The position numbers and the translations under genes are program-made. From the NCBI GenBank assembly GCA_051530055.1, contig CM121342.1:716797-780796 (forward strand): a stretch of DNA of 64,000 bases, read 5' to 3'. Source of the stretch: Neoechinorhynchus agilis (lineage: Eukaryota; Animalia; Acanthocephala). Numbering within the stretch: the stretch's first letter is position 1; every line of letters begins with the position of its first letter. Below, in pieces: positions 24,256 to 36,330 of the stretch. The notes beneath the pieces are model-generated. The model had not been told where the DNA came from. It searched no databases and was given only the letters and a program-made list of their open reading frames with translations.

Positions 24256-26723
24256 GAAGGCACAGGTAATGGTGGGGATCTCCGGGTGCTGCAATGGAAT
24301 TTTGGAGGGGCGGCCAATCTTACCAGGCTCGCTCGGTTCACACCAGGCGTTTCCATCATCCTACTGCAGGAAACGAAAAGTATTCACACTCTACACCAAC
24401 TTTATAACTATCTACCTCATCTTAACTGTTCAATGTTCTCCTCTTTTATTACTGGCCCATTCAGTCCCGCCTCACAAGGTCTTATTTCAATTTTTCATTC
24501 CTCCTTAAATCCCCAACTTATAGCCTCCTACACCTCACCGGAAATGTCGTACTCACTTTTTAAATTTCTCTTTAATCGGAAGTACCTCTCGATTGTTAAT
24601 TTGTACATCAGACCGGGTTTTATTCATCGTCCATATATCAAAAACAAAATCAAATGGCTTCTCAATGCCAATATCGACTTTGTTGTGGGGGATTTTAACG
24701 ACCCATCTTTAAAATGGTCCAGAGCCATTGTCAACGCAGTCAAACTTCTTTACTCTCTAACCCTCCCGAATACTCCGTCTTTCCACAATCTCGTATTAAA
24801 TACACACTCGTTCTTAGATCTGATAATCTTTAAGAGATATCTTAACTTTTCAATTCAATTCGATCGTCAGGTGTCTCTCTTTGACCTCCTAGGGCATGAT
24901 ATCCTTATCTGGTCATTCGGTCCTATGAATGCACTCCGCAAATCATATCACATTTCTCCACTCAACGTGGCCTTTTTCCGTCTAATCAGCCAAATCGCTC
25001 TATCTTCGAGCACCTTACAATCTAATCGGTCATCCATTTTACCGTCTGTCAATAACATCCTCAATTTGGTTGCTAATACCTTTCTGTTTCGAACGGTAAA
25101 GGTTTTCTCTCGTCCTTACGAAAGTCGCTCTCTTCGCTTTCTCAGACGCCAACTTTTTCTGGCCAAACGTTCTGGAGACGTACTTCTCACGAAAATCTTA
25201 TCTAGTCATTATTGGGCAGCCCAATGTCGACAGAGGATGCAACAGAAAGCAAATCTTCTTAATAGCCTGAAACCCTTTTCCTCACATTGGTGGAACACTT
25301 TTCAAAGGAAGAGATACATACCATGGAAATCGAAAATCTCCGGCTGGTTAAAATCAACGTCTATAGACGATATTTTGGGAACCATTTTTGCTTTTCATTC
25401 AGAGGGCTCTGTCAAGGATGCTTTACCCGTGACAATCTTTCGACGGGTCTTTGCCGGTCGTGTAGATATTTTATTAAGTGACATCCTAAAAGTATGGTCC
25501 GACAATCCGAAATTGGCATCCTCCAACTCAAGCTCAGGCACCAAAATCTTTACTTTACTTCCCCGGGACTGCATCCTAAGGCTGGCCGAATTAATGCTGA
25601 ACTGCTCCCCTTATGCTTGGAGAGAGATTAATGTGGCTCGGCGTATTTTTCTTATTAAAAATGGGAAAAAGTCAGTCTCTCAGCCTAAGGATCTCCGCCC
25701 AATTTCCCTACAGAACCCCTTTGTGACCATTTACAAACGAGCCTTAGCACTTCGCTTGAGAGCCTTTATAACAGAAAATAGCTGCATATCGACTAATTGC
25801 CACGGTTTTCAAAAGGGGAAATCCGTACACTCTGCTTTAACCAATATTTACGATAACTTCACTAACACCAATCTACCCTTGAAAGCCATAATGGCTGTTG
25901 ATCTATCTCAAGCGTTCGACAAGATATCTTTGTCTTTTATTATGGAGATATTAGAATTTTTTAGCGTCCCTCATAATTTGATCTCCCGAATTCACAATAT
26001 TCTTTTTACCAAGTCCTTCTTTTACGAGGATGATGCTTCGAAATCAACCTATTACATGACCACGGGTGTCCCACAAGGTTCACCGCTTTCCCCGATCCTG
26101 TTTCTACTTGCTTCGCAGTATATAGTTAAAAATTTCAAAACCCGTAATGTTTCTATAACCTGTTATGCGGATGACTTAACTTTCGTATTCTCTGCGCACA
26201 GAGCTTTCAAACTCAAAAGTTTGATTGAGCAGTGCATCCACTACCTCAATGTAGTCTTACCTCGTATGAATTTATCCCTCAATCCCTCCAAATCGTTCTG
26301 TATCTTCAAGGTTCGCTCAGGTAAACTTCGAAGGGATCTCAAATCTTTTTTTAACAATCTAATGAACCCCTTGAATCAGAAGCGAGCGGATAATGCCAAT
26401 ACTCCACTAAAATTACGCATTCTTGGACATACGTTAACGGTCAATCTGTCACCCAGAACCGATATCAATAAGTTGAAAAGGTTGCTAAAAGTGGGCAAAA
26501 AAATGGCCAACCGAGCGATGAAACTAGGCCTGAACTCGTTACAAGCGCAAGCTATTTGGAAAACCTGGTGTATCCCCGGCCTTGTCTTCTTTTCCAGAGG
26601 TCGCCCCCCGAACATAAGGCCTCCTTTATAGACGCCTTCACCCAGCACCTAGATTCCCTCCCATTTTCCTGGGCCGGAGACTTAAAGTTCTGTGAACCCA
26701 GAATTGGGCGATGGACAACATGA
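24256..26723 (+). CDS. Non-LTR ORF2 (APE + RT), module 2; true C-terminus reached via a 1-nt shift in the C6 run at 26604-26609
   Basis: QWN, LQET, GDFN, RPISL, HGFQKGKS, DLSQAFD, GVPQGSPLSP, YADD. The shifted tail PPEHKASF..LPFSWA..RWT aligns with module 1 PPEQRQSF..LPFAWA..KWT. Confidence 0.9.
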
Positions 26724-26811
26724 CAGGTATTCTCTCACCAAACCGTTAATCTGTTCGATAAATAAGTCACGATTGCGCTCTAAAACCATGATAAATAAAT
26801 ATATATGGGCC

Positions 26812-26915
26812 CCGAACTTGGGGTATAGCGATCCCGCGAATCAGAGCAATAGAATACATAAAATGTAACAACTTTTTAAATATGAGGCGAGGTTACCTCG
26901 CGAAATATTTCACTT
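26812..26915 (+). mobile_element. Degenerate Penelope pseudo-LTR with eroded hammerhead
   Basis: acttggggtatagcgatcccgcgaatcagagc resembles the pLTR motif at 207-245 and 52215-52250. ATGAG-GCGAGG tta CCTCGC-GAAATATTTC retains stem II and the tail but not CTG. Confidence 0.6.
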
Positions 26916-27629
26916 AAATAGATTAGGTTACGCCCGGGATTATGTTCAGGAAAATTATAACTTGACTATCCCGAAGAATTTTTTGTCTATAATTTGAGAA
27001 CATTATGACATTATTATTCACGCTCATTCAGTTTAATTCGTTCGCTTAAATAAAATGTTGCAAGTTGTAATATCAAAAATGCCATCTATATCAACGCCGT
27101 AAACACGAACCATTTAACATATTTTAAGCTTATCAGAAACAAAGCTTTGACAAAAATAAATAAATACCTTTGTTCGCTTTTCGTTATTATGTGCTATGGT
27201 TGAAATTTGCAAATGTCTCAAGAGCGGACTACGTCTCATCGAATAATGTAGGGGATTAAGGCAAATTCTTCGCTATTGTGGAATATGTCTTTGAAAAGTG
27301 ATCAATCGCTGTTCAATCTTGAAATTATTGTCAAAACATTATTCTTTATTGGGATTATACTCAGGAGTAAAGTAATGAAGTTTTTAATGTATTATTACCA
27401 AAAATGAACATTTTAATCGTCAAAAGTGAGTGATGAAGATATTATAGTTAAACTCGCGCAATTAGCGGAATAGGCTCCGTTTCAATATGTTCGCCTTTAC
27501 TAAGATGTTTGAAATCGTCCGTTTTTTGCTGCTCTATTTAATTCATCTCTCAGTTTCAAAACATTTATTTAGTTTTAAAGAATATCGAATTGGAAGAAAA
27601 GAGTTTCAGCTCACCGAGGTATTTTCGTT

Positions 27630-27820
27630 TGGTAGTTTTACCACCCCGGATTTATGTTCACTAATTTATTTCCACGATATCTCACTTGTCGGATAATTCC
27701 GACATTTTCTTGAGGTTTGTCATTGTTTCGCAAGTTTGTGTAGAAGCGCCAAACTTTCGAAACAATGACAAACCCACGGGAAAATGTCGGAATTGTCCGA
27801 CGTGTAATATCGTGGAACTT
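27630..27820. mobile_element. Second copy of the 9771-9991 MITE family (different interior, truncated right TIR)
   Basis: Near-identical ~75-bp left TIR. Internal inverted repeat ttgtcattgtttcg/cgaaacaatgacaa. Confidence 0.7.
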
Positions 27821-28195
27821 CCAAAAGAAAGTATCTTTTCCTCTGAAAATCCAAGACATTACCGAGATATATTATTGCAACTTAAAGTATTTAAAAATCA
27901 AACTAATTTCTATAACCGTGTCCGTAGTTCTCGTGCATCTCTAAGAAGAATGCAAAATGCTCAAGAATAATTTGATACTCCGCTTTGTAGATAAACTAAA
28001 AATGTTACACAAATAAAGTTTGCTTATAATATCGAATTTTCTGTTTTTTTAACAAGTTGCCGTAAAGTTACCTGAGCTTTCATCTTCAAACAGCATGCCG
28101 AAACGTTGAATATTTGCACATCTATGAACTCATGCCCGATCAATTGTTATTTTCATCTTTTGTACATTTGAACAACCATTACTTTAAATGGGATT

Positions 28196-28390
28196 ATTGT
28201 TTAGATCTACACCCGCGGTAAATGATTACTTCGATTAAAGACGTTCTGCGAACCTCGTCGGGTTCATCATCAGTTTGTTTGTTCATCGATAGCGTCTATT
28301 ACTAACAAACTGATGATGAACCCGACGAGATTCGCCGAACGTCTTTAATCGAAATAATCACTTATTGAGGGTGTGGACCTAAACAATAAT
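28196..28390. repeat. Palindromic element with ~85-bp arms; single-arm relatives at ~39950-40062, ~44053-44134 and ~11430-11480
   Basis: attattgtttt...gggttcatcatcagtttgtt is mirrored by aacaaactgatgatgaaccc...aaacaataat. Confidence 0.8.
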
Positions 28391-28557
28391 TTCAATCACA
28401 TTCCCCGGTACCTCACATATCGACATTACTTTAAATGTATAGGAATTAAGTTCTAAAAATGTAGCAATGACCAATCTTCATTCTTATGTAGAAAACCATT
28501 TTTATCTCTCATTTCGGAGTGTATATGCTCTCCATATGCGTGTATATGCGAAATAGA

Positions 28558-30000
28558 TTAGCTTTTTCTTAGAGTAAGAGCCAGAGTAAGAATGATAATA
28601 AACAGCACAATGATCGCTACGATTGCAAGAATGATCTTCTTTTTCCTTGCAGAACTCTAAAAACAAAACATTAGCAATATTTTAATTCAATGATCTTACC
28701 TGATATTGTACAGCCTGAGTAAGCTCTGTATCTGCGGCTTCAACCCGTTCTTGAGCAGCGTCCAATGATCTTTCGATTGAATCTATATAAAGGAGAAATA
28801 AGGAGATTTTAAACGGGAAATCTTTTTTTCTTGATGACTAGACAAAAGAACCACATGAAACATATTATATGAATAGATTTATAGGCTAATTACATTTCTT
28901 TCAAAAGTTATTTGGAAGGACTTAAACGATGACGACTAACTGAAGTTTCACATAAAACGCAATTTTAGAATTTACTTTATATCGTACATAATTAATTTCT
29001 GTTTCACATCTACCAAATTATCCAGAATGGTTTCTAAAGACCTTCAGAACATCAGTCTCCAAGATTTTTCGACAGACTGTTATAGGCTACTTTTGACAAA
29101 ATTGACTAAAAATTAAATTTGACAAAAAACAAATTGAGAAAATGATTGCGCTTTACATCATCCCTCTGATTAATAAAATCTTTGGTTGAGATTTACTAAA
29201 TTATTCCAAATTTTTCGAAGGTCTATTCTACCGCGCCGGCTCATTTAAGTTTGAACAAACATTACTCTAGAACAAAGATTAATTCTGATTAACACTAAGA
29301 ACTAATTTCAAGCAAAACCGCCTACACTTACCCACAATATATCCTTGTTCGTGTAAAAGAGAACCAACATCCTTAAAGATTTGATTAATACCAACAATAT
29401 CGCTTTCAAGTTTTCGAATTTGACTTTCTCGTTCTCTCATCAAATCCACACTGATGTCTCGTTCAACTTGCAGGAGTTGCTGTTGGCGATCACCTCCAAA
29501 GCCGTGGAAATCTTCAGCTTCACCAGTAAGCGAATCTCCTCTCACTGCGGCACGAATCCGCTCGAGACTTGCCTTTTCTCTTTCCGCTCCTAATTTTTGT
29601 GCAGATTGAAATCGAGTCATCACAGCCATGTAATCCCTTGCCAAATTCTCCTTCATTTCATGTTGCTTTGCCCTCTCCGTGACTGAACTCGCCTTAATCA
29701 AAACTAAATTTTGAAGGGCTTCATTCGATTCCTTTGCGACTTCATTCGTATTTCTTTGCAGTTGATGACTTTAAAAGGTTCACGTTTATTTGGACGTTTC
29801 GATTAAGCCCTAACTCACAAAGTATGCCGCAGACTCTCACTATCAGTTTCGGTGCCGATTTGTCCAACAAGACGTTCGATCTGATTAACATTATTGGTAA
29901 GTTTCTGAAGATACCCCATGACGGTATTGTACAATTGCTCAAAGCTTTGAGCTCCACTTGATTGGAAACTCATTTCGTCCCCAGATCTAAAAGATGACAT
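28558..30000 (-). CDS. STX12: Syntaxin-7/12-like endosomal Qa-SNARE, 4 exons
   Basis: Habc region, SNARE motif RERESQIRKLESDIVGINQIFKDVGSLLHEQG..VDSIE and C-terminal TM IILAIVAIIVLFIIIL. GT-AG introns include 29769-29818. STX7 versus STX12 is not resolvable. Confidence 0.85.
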
Positions 30001-30133
30001 CTGAATATGCCGTTTGAGCGTGAAAGGTTTTAGCACGTATAACAAAAGACGATGTTTGTAAAGAGACTTTTTGTGAGGAGCACACTACATGAGTCACACG
30101 CGCATTCGAAGAACTTAAAGCGGCTCGACGCGC

Positions 30134-31807
30134 TCAATTTACACCATCGTCATCGTGAAGTAAACGATTGAACTCGTTGAAGGCAAGCTCGAGGTCGAAT
30201 TGCATGTTACGGTTTTGTTCGTCTGTTAGTTCGTCCGCCGCGTCCATCTCAACCAATACGCAAAGCCTGAACGGTATCAAAGGGCATAATCGAAGGTATT
30301 TTCTGCCAATAAGCATATTAGGAAATTCGAAGTCTAATTTTAAATTCAGAAAAAAAGAGATTAAGCATTTTTGTACAAACGTACTCGTATACCGATCTAT
30401 TCTCTTGTACTTTAAAATTACTTGAATTCTTCGAAGAGAAAAAGGGTGTAAACGATCGTATGTTAAAACTATGATAAATCGAGGTAAAACGAACACCGTA
30501 TCCCTCTATCTCCGCTCCTTTTTCCATGCTGTCCAATTTTCTCGGATATCAAGAAAAGAAATGAACCTGAAGAAAGACCCAACCTCACTAACTCTTCTGC
30601 AAAGAATATCCGCCAACTTTACCGACCCAACCGGACTCGTAATCTACTTCAAAATAAACAATATACCTCATTGAACAACTCTGAACTCAAATGTTTATGA
30701 GTACCTAAAGGTACATGGGTCTTATTCTTCTTTGTGCATTAACAAATAAAACGTGTTATTATTAGATGAAGGAAATAAAGGTTAATAAAATCAATGGTAA
30801 AAATACGAATAGTTTAAGTAAATCATAAGAAGTTAGTACGATTTTTCTATCGTAACGCGTTTAGTATTTAAATAAATATAAAGTGATCCTTCCCGATGTG
30901 ATAGTCAGCAACGAGTAATGAAGCCTTATGAGAATTGTGATCGTGTTTAAACGTAATAATTAAAATGAGATCGATCAAAACAGAAAAATAATCTTCTAGG
31001 GGCTACCATTAAACAAGTTAAAAATGTTTAGAAAAAAATAGAATCATCACTATTTTTTAAAAATAATAATTTTGTTACCATTTATGCAGCTTTTCTTTGC
31101 CGATATAGGAGCTCGGTACAATAGATAACCGATTAAGTATCTCAAGAAGATCCCGGACGTCTTGTTGAATCATATCATTCGACCGGACATTGAGTTTCAG
31201 TTTATCCATTAAAGTGATGAAGATCTAAAAGTATATAATATAAAAAAATTGCGAAGGTTCTGAGTCCGAATACCGAAACGATATCAGCGATGGCTTTACT
31301 AGTGTTACATTTATCATTGTTCTTAATAGTGATAGGTTTTCCTTCAGAGATACGTTCAAGCGCTAAAGGACAGTTCAATCGGTACTTCTTAACGAATTCA
31401 TCGATTCCACGGAATCCACCAACACCCTGTTCCGCCTGCTTTAATGCTGCTCTATATTGGGTCAAAAGTCGAGAGCACGCACTCGTGTACCTGAAAACAA
31501 AAGACCGTTAATCCACAAGGGACATCTTTTATGAACGTACTCTTTTGGTTCAACGCAGTCTTTTATATATGCTTTCTCTAGTGCTTGAAGACTTACGATC
31601 AATGAGTAAAGGTCAGCGAGATTATCGTATCTAAAGTCAAAACAAATTTAAACCTGACCCACATTTCAAACACTAACCTCTCACGTTCTCTATGAGTAGA
31701 ACACAATTTGACCTCCTTTCCGTTGAAACAAACAAAAACTTAAGCTTACCAATGAGAAATAAACTTACCTCAAATAACTCAGGGCGATCACCGTAACGAT
31801 TACTCAT
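30134..31807 (-). CDS. VPS28: ESCRT-I subunit VPS28, multi-exon
   Basis: [64 protein letters not shown], and final exon [28 protein letters not shown]. Canonical splice sites. Confidence 0.93.
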
Positions 31808-32429
31808 CGAAAATCGGGCAGACGAACGAGAATAGCCTCGAATCAATTTTTAGTCCTTTCGATTCTTCCGTCTCTAACTCGACTATGCAGCTTTATTTAA
31901 CTGTATTCGGTTCGTTTGAGTTTACAAACTCCGCCAAGTACGGTTCCAAGCCCGGTTGAAAAAGGAGGAAAGTTAGCGTCAGGAAGGACATCCGGCTGTA
32001 AAATTCTTGCCAAATTTTGACCCAAATGACAACCGAATCAACCAAAGGACTAAGGCGATGCTACGCGCAAGTTCTTCGCGCCGGCACCGCAATTGCATAA
32101 ATCAGCTTTTAAGTCACTTAAAAAAGGATTTGCATTATAGATTTTTTTTAATATAAACGTGCTTAATTTTTGAAAATTACGTTTCTAATTAATAATACTG
32201 AATATTTTTTTAAAAACATATCGCTTATTTTACTATTTCGCTTTTCATTCCTGTAAACATCCCGACATTGCCAAAAATATTTTTCCATTTAGTGAACTCC
32301 GTTTATGTTTTATTGACTACTGTCAAGTTTTACAATAATTTAAAAAATTTATTAACAAATATGTTAACTCTGTTTAAAGAAATCATAAATTTATTTGTAT
32401 ACAATTTATCTATGCATTGTTTACAACCT

Positions 32430-32565
32430 CTCCGCTTCTATTCATTGGCGCTGGCCAAAATGCTGGCCGCATTGCCCCGCTGCATTGCAATCCTTATTTT
32501 TTTTGAGCTAGGAACGATGTCGATCTTGGCTCTCCAGTCGCCGCGTTGATTCGTTTTCCCAAAGG
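32430..32565 (-). mobile_element. 3' fragment of a CRE-like (RLE) non-LTR element
   Basis: TGEPRSTSFL...IAMQRGNAASIL is the typical C-terminal motif of this group. Confidence 0.6.
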
Positions 32566-33559
32566 GGACAAAATGGTAGTTTTAGATTAAGCGTAATTCT
32601 TCATTAGTTTTGAAGAGCACGATTTATCTTGCGAAAATTAAGGTTAGAAATGAAATTCGCGACTTAAATGTAATTACTTATAAAAGTCAGAAGTGCTAAG
32701 CGCTCATGCAAACAATAACCACCAATTCGCCCACCATAACGTACTTTCCAACCCAACCGGATATTCTCAGACGAACGGACATCCTTCCGACCAGATATTA
32801 CCACCCGAACGGACTTCATCCGAGCGGATAGTCCCACCCGAACGGATAGGAACAACTGTGAAAGTTTAATAGCCAAAAAGTAAATTCTTACAATGTCAAT
32901 AAAAATCAACAACCTTGCGAATAATTTTTTATCATTTCTGATTGAATTGCGTCTAACCAAAACATATCATTGCGATTTTTCTTCACCCAGATTATGAGCG
33001 ATTTCACTAACATTGTTTACCGCGCTTTTATTTACATTCAAATACACTCAAAATATAATCGGCCAGTCACATACAAACAATAAAATAACATGTTAACTGA
33101 AACAAACGCTGAACTTATTTTAGCAGTGCGGTTTGATGGATTATAAAAAAATTGAAACCCGTTTACAATTAAACGTATTTTGTCTATCAGAAATCGGGAA
33201 AAAAGGTGAGGTTACGAGAAATCGGTTTTTATTTTAGCATCTGTCCGAGCATTCAGGATCATTTATGTTTCACTTTTTTATTAGAAATTTAAAAAATATC
33301 AGCGCGAAATGAACGTTGAAGACGATACCTGATTCCGTTAATACCGCATGTACAGATTTGAATTAGGTTTTTGATCGAAAATAAACTTACGTTTGACCAT
33401 AATAACAAAATCATGCTCATAGCTAATGCCATAAATGAAGGATGCGGTAGAGGAACTGCCGAATTATCTATTTTTTACTTTATTCGTACTTTGAGCAGAA
33501 TTTAAATGAAACGGCGAAATGGTATTGTATTGATTTAAAAATCATATTATTTACTTAGC

Positions 33560-35130
33560 CGCCTAACATCTATCTGTTCTTAATCTTCGATTGTCCTGGT
33601 GTATCGGTAGAAAGGACGGATGCAGCCTTCCCTCGTTGCACAGCCAAACTTATGTTTTATTTAGTGATTCGTCTCAATCTCTTAGAAGCAGCGGTTCCTG
33701 CTCCCCTGGTTTAATGGAAGCGAATTTTATGTTACTAGTTGCGAATGGCACCCCAGAGAAGGCATTTTCCTTCTCGCAACGGGAATACTGTGACACCGTC
33801 CGGTCTACGGCTATCGAGTCGGCAAAGATTGCTTGGCTCTAGGATGTTGGGTACATTCCCAGTATTCAGGACACGACTAAGATTTGTGTTCACTTCGACG
33901 TGCCGTGAGCAAATTCCGCCTGATTGCCGACAGACGAGACCATGGCTTCCCGACGGATCCACAGTCGCTCCGCAACGGCAGCGATAAGTGCACATCGGTA
34001 CCCCAACTCTCAAGGACACTGCAATCCTTACTGTCTCGTCGGAGAGAGGGGTACTCACAGAAGCGATTGGGATAGCGTTGAGCCAAGCACCCGATTCTCT
34101 TGTAGAGGCTGCCGCCAATCGAGTTCGGTTCACCAGGTCACGAGAATCTGAAATTAAAGAGTTATGAATTCTCGCTATCAGGGGTGATTCCTAAACTGAT
34201 TGTTCGCAACCATTGACGGATACCTGCTCGCTACCTGAATCTCCACGTCAAATATTAATAGCCTCCACGATATCTCCCCCCAAAGCGTAATTTTCGCCAA
34301 GAACGGATTGAACTATTTTGCGGCTTGCTTCATAAGATCCCAAATAAGCTGGCAGAGAAATATCGGCTGCTTTTCGGATACCCAAACCGCCGGACGGCAC
34401 AGGCAAGGACGCTTCCGACAGCTGAGTATTTAAAATTTTCTCGAGTAAGGCTGCTTATCCTTATGTCTAAAAAAGGTGCTGTGCGAAGCTTATGCAATAA
34501 TTTTGGAATGAAGAGGGTGTTCCTGATCAGGAGCAGAGCCTCGTATGAAGGTAATTCATCAACTCGTTCCCACCGCACCGAAAGTTGCACTTGAAGATTG
34601 GCAATCTCTGTTTTCAACATTATAACCAAAAATGCAACTTCCTATAAGGCTCAACCGGTCTAAAGTTATAAATTCTATCGCGGGTGCCAGGTTCTGAAAA
34701 TCTTCCACGATAGTTCGCAAGTTCATCACTAAAATCTCGAATTTCGCAGCATTCGATTCAATGGAAAAATTTCACCGTCTCCTTCACGAGTGTCTCCAAA
34801 TCGCGCGGTACAACAGAGGGGTTACCTCCGATCGTGGCATCGTGCAGATACCAGCCGTTAAAGCTTAACTGGAGAGAGTGCACGACGGGACTGACTTCGA
34901 GTGAGAAGGCTATTGAGCCCAAAGAATCCCCTTGTTGAACTCCCTTTTCTGACCCCAAAACGTGGTTATTGAAGAACAAGGGAGTTGAAATCCCATAGGC
35001 ATTAATGAAATAGCGAAATGCTTCCGGTACGTGATCTTTAACTACTTCGAGCAAATCTGCTCGGTGAACTGTGTTGAATGCACTTTTGAAATCACATTTC
35101 AAGATCACGCACGGCTTTCCCCAAAATCCA
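33560..35130 (-). mobile_element. Degenerate CRE-like non-LTR retrotransposon (RT + zinc finger + restriction-like endonuclease)
   Basis: DFKSAFNTV, GVQQGDSLG, WYLHD (from YLDD), ESGAWLNAIP, CRCG...HGLVC, RPDG...GKCLLW, ISLAVQRG. Multiple frameshifts. Confidence 0.85.
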
Positions 35131-35939
35131 ATTTACAACTGGGTTTGATATTTTTACTGGTGTTTTTTCCCGATAAACATCTTTATACATTTCCATTTTC
35201 ATTGATTATTTTCGCTAAACTATATTATAAAATTTTATTGTGGTTTATTTTATAAACACCTTTTACGGAACTTAATGCTATTTTTTCATTACTATATATT
35301 TCGATCAATTAACCCAGCCATCGAGGAAACCCCGAAAGGGGAAAATGCGAGAAAGTTGTTGTATATTTCGATAAATTAGAGAGCATTTGTTTGTATTTTT
35401 AGTGATACTGTAAAAATTTAAGTCTTATCTGAATCAAGGATAGCGATACAATCGATTTCAACTTTTAATGTGACATTTTATTATGTTTCCCTGAAAAGAT
35501 TTAAATTACAGCGTTTCGGAGTAAAATTGCGACAGTTTATCGATACTTCAAAGCTGTAAAAAATCAACTAAAAATTATTAACAAATCATTGAGTAACCGT
35601 TCACTAAATGAGCTTCAATGCTTGAAAGCATTTGTTGTATAAATAAAATATATGACACGGATTACACACTAATTGAAGTTTGGCCAATAGAAAAAAGAGT
35701 GCAGCATTAACATATAAACGTTTAGAGCGAATGCATGTGATGTTGGCGAGAATTTTTCCCAAATAAGCAGTGATATATTATTGCTTAAAAGCTAGAATTT
35801 CAGCATCAATTTTCGAAGGAATATATTAAGAGTTCCAGATTTTAAATCCGGATTTCTGGTCTTCTTGGTTATAATCATTCGTCTTAAACGCCTCAGATTT
35901 TGCTAATATGGAATCTTATCTGATTTAGAATTTGACCAT

Positions 35940-36330
35940 GATAGCCATTCCTTCGTGAAGAGAGTTTATATCATTGTCACAAATCTTGGTGGGCATCCAA
36001 AGCGATACAAAACTTTCCAAAGGGTGGCACGGTGTCAAAGGTCTGGGATATCAAACGTGGTCATAAGGAGAGGTCGTTACTGTCCTTTACTTGAAGCTGA
36101 CGGGCGTAGTTGAAAACTATAAAGTGGAAAAACACCGTACCATGGTAAAGATCGCAGCGATAAGTATTCGAACTCTTCTGGGCTAGAAGGACACGGTACG
36201 TCCAGCCTGAAGAACTGCTCTTGTGAAAAAAGAACTCCAGAAATGTGGCATTGACAACGCCGCTCTCAGCAAGGCTCGACTCCCAGGCAATGGTAGAAAC
36301 CAAGAATTCGGTTCTGGATACACGTTCTTT
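35940..36330 (-). mobile_element. Degenerate RTE-clade LINE reverse transcriptase fragment
   Basis: ARQLQVK...FDTV..LWKVLYRFGCPPRFVTMI..HEGM resembles the RTE RT consensus ARQLQEK..KAFDTV..LWKIL.KFGCP. Confidence 0.65.

Noticed and set aside
18993-26723. Telomeric TART/HeT-A-like array interpretation
   Set aside because: The element is flanked by ordinary genes on both sides, with no telomeric repeats and no long UTRs.
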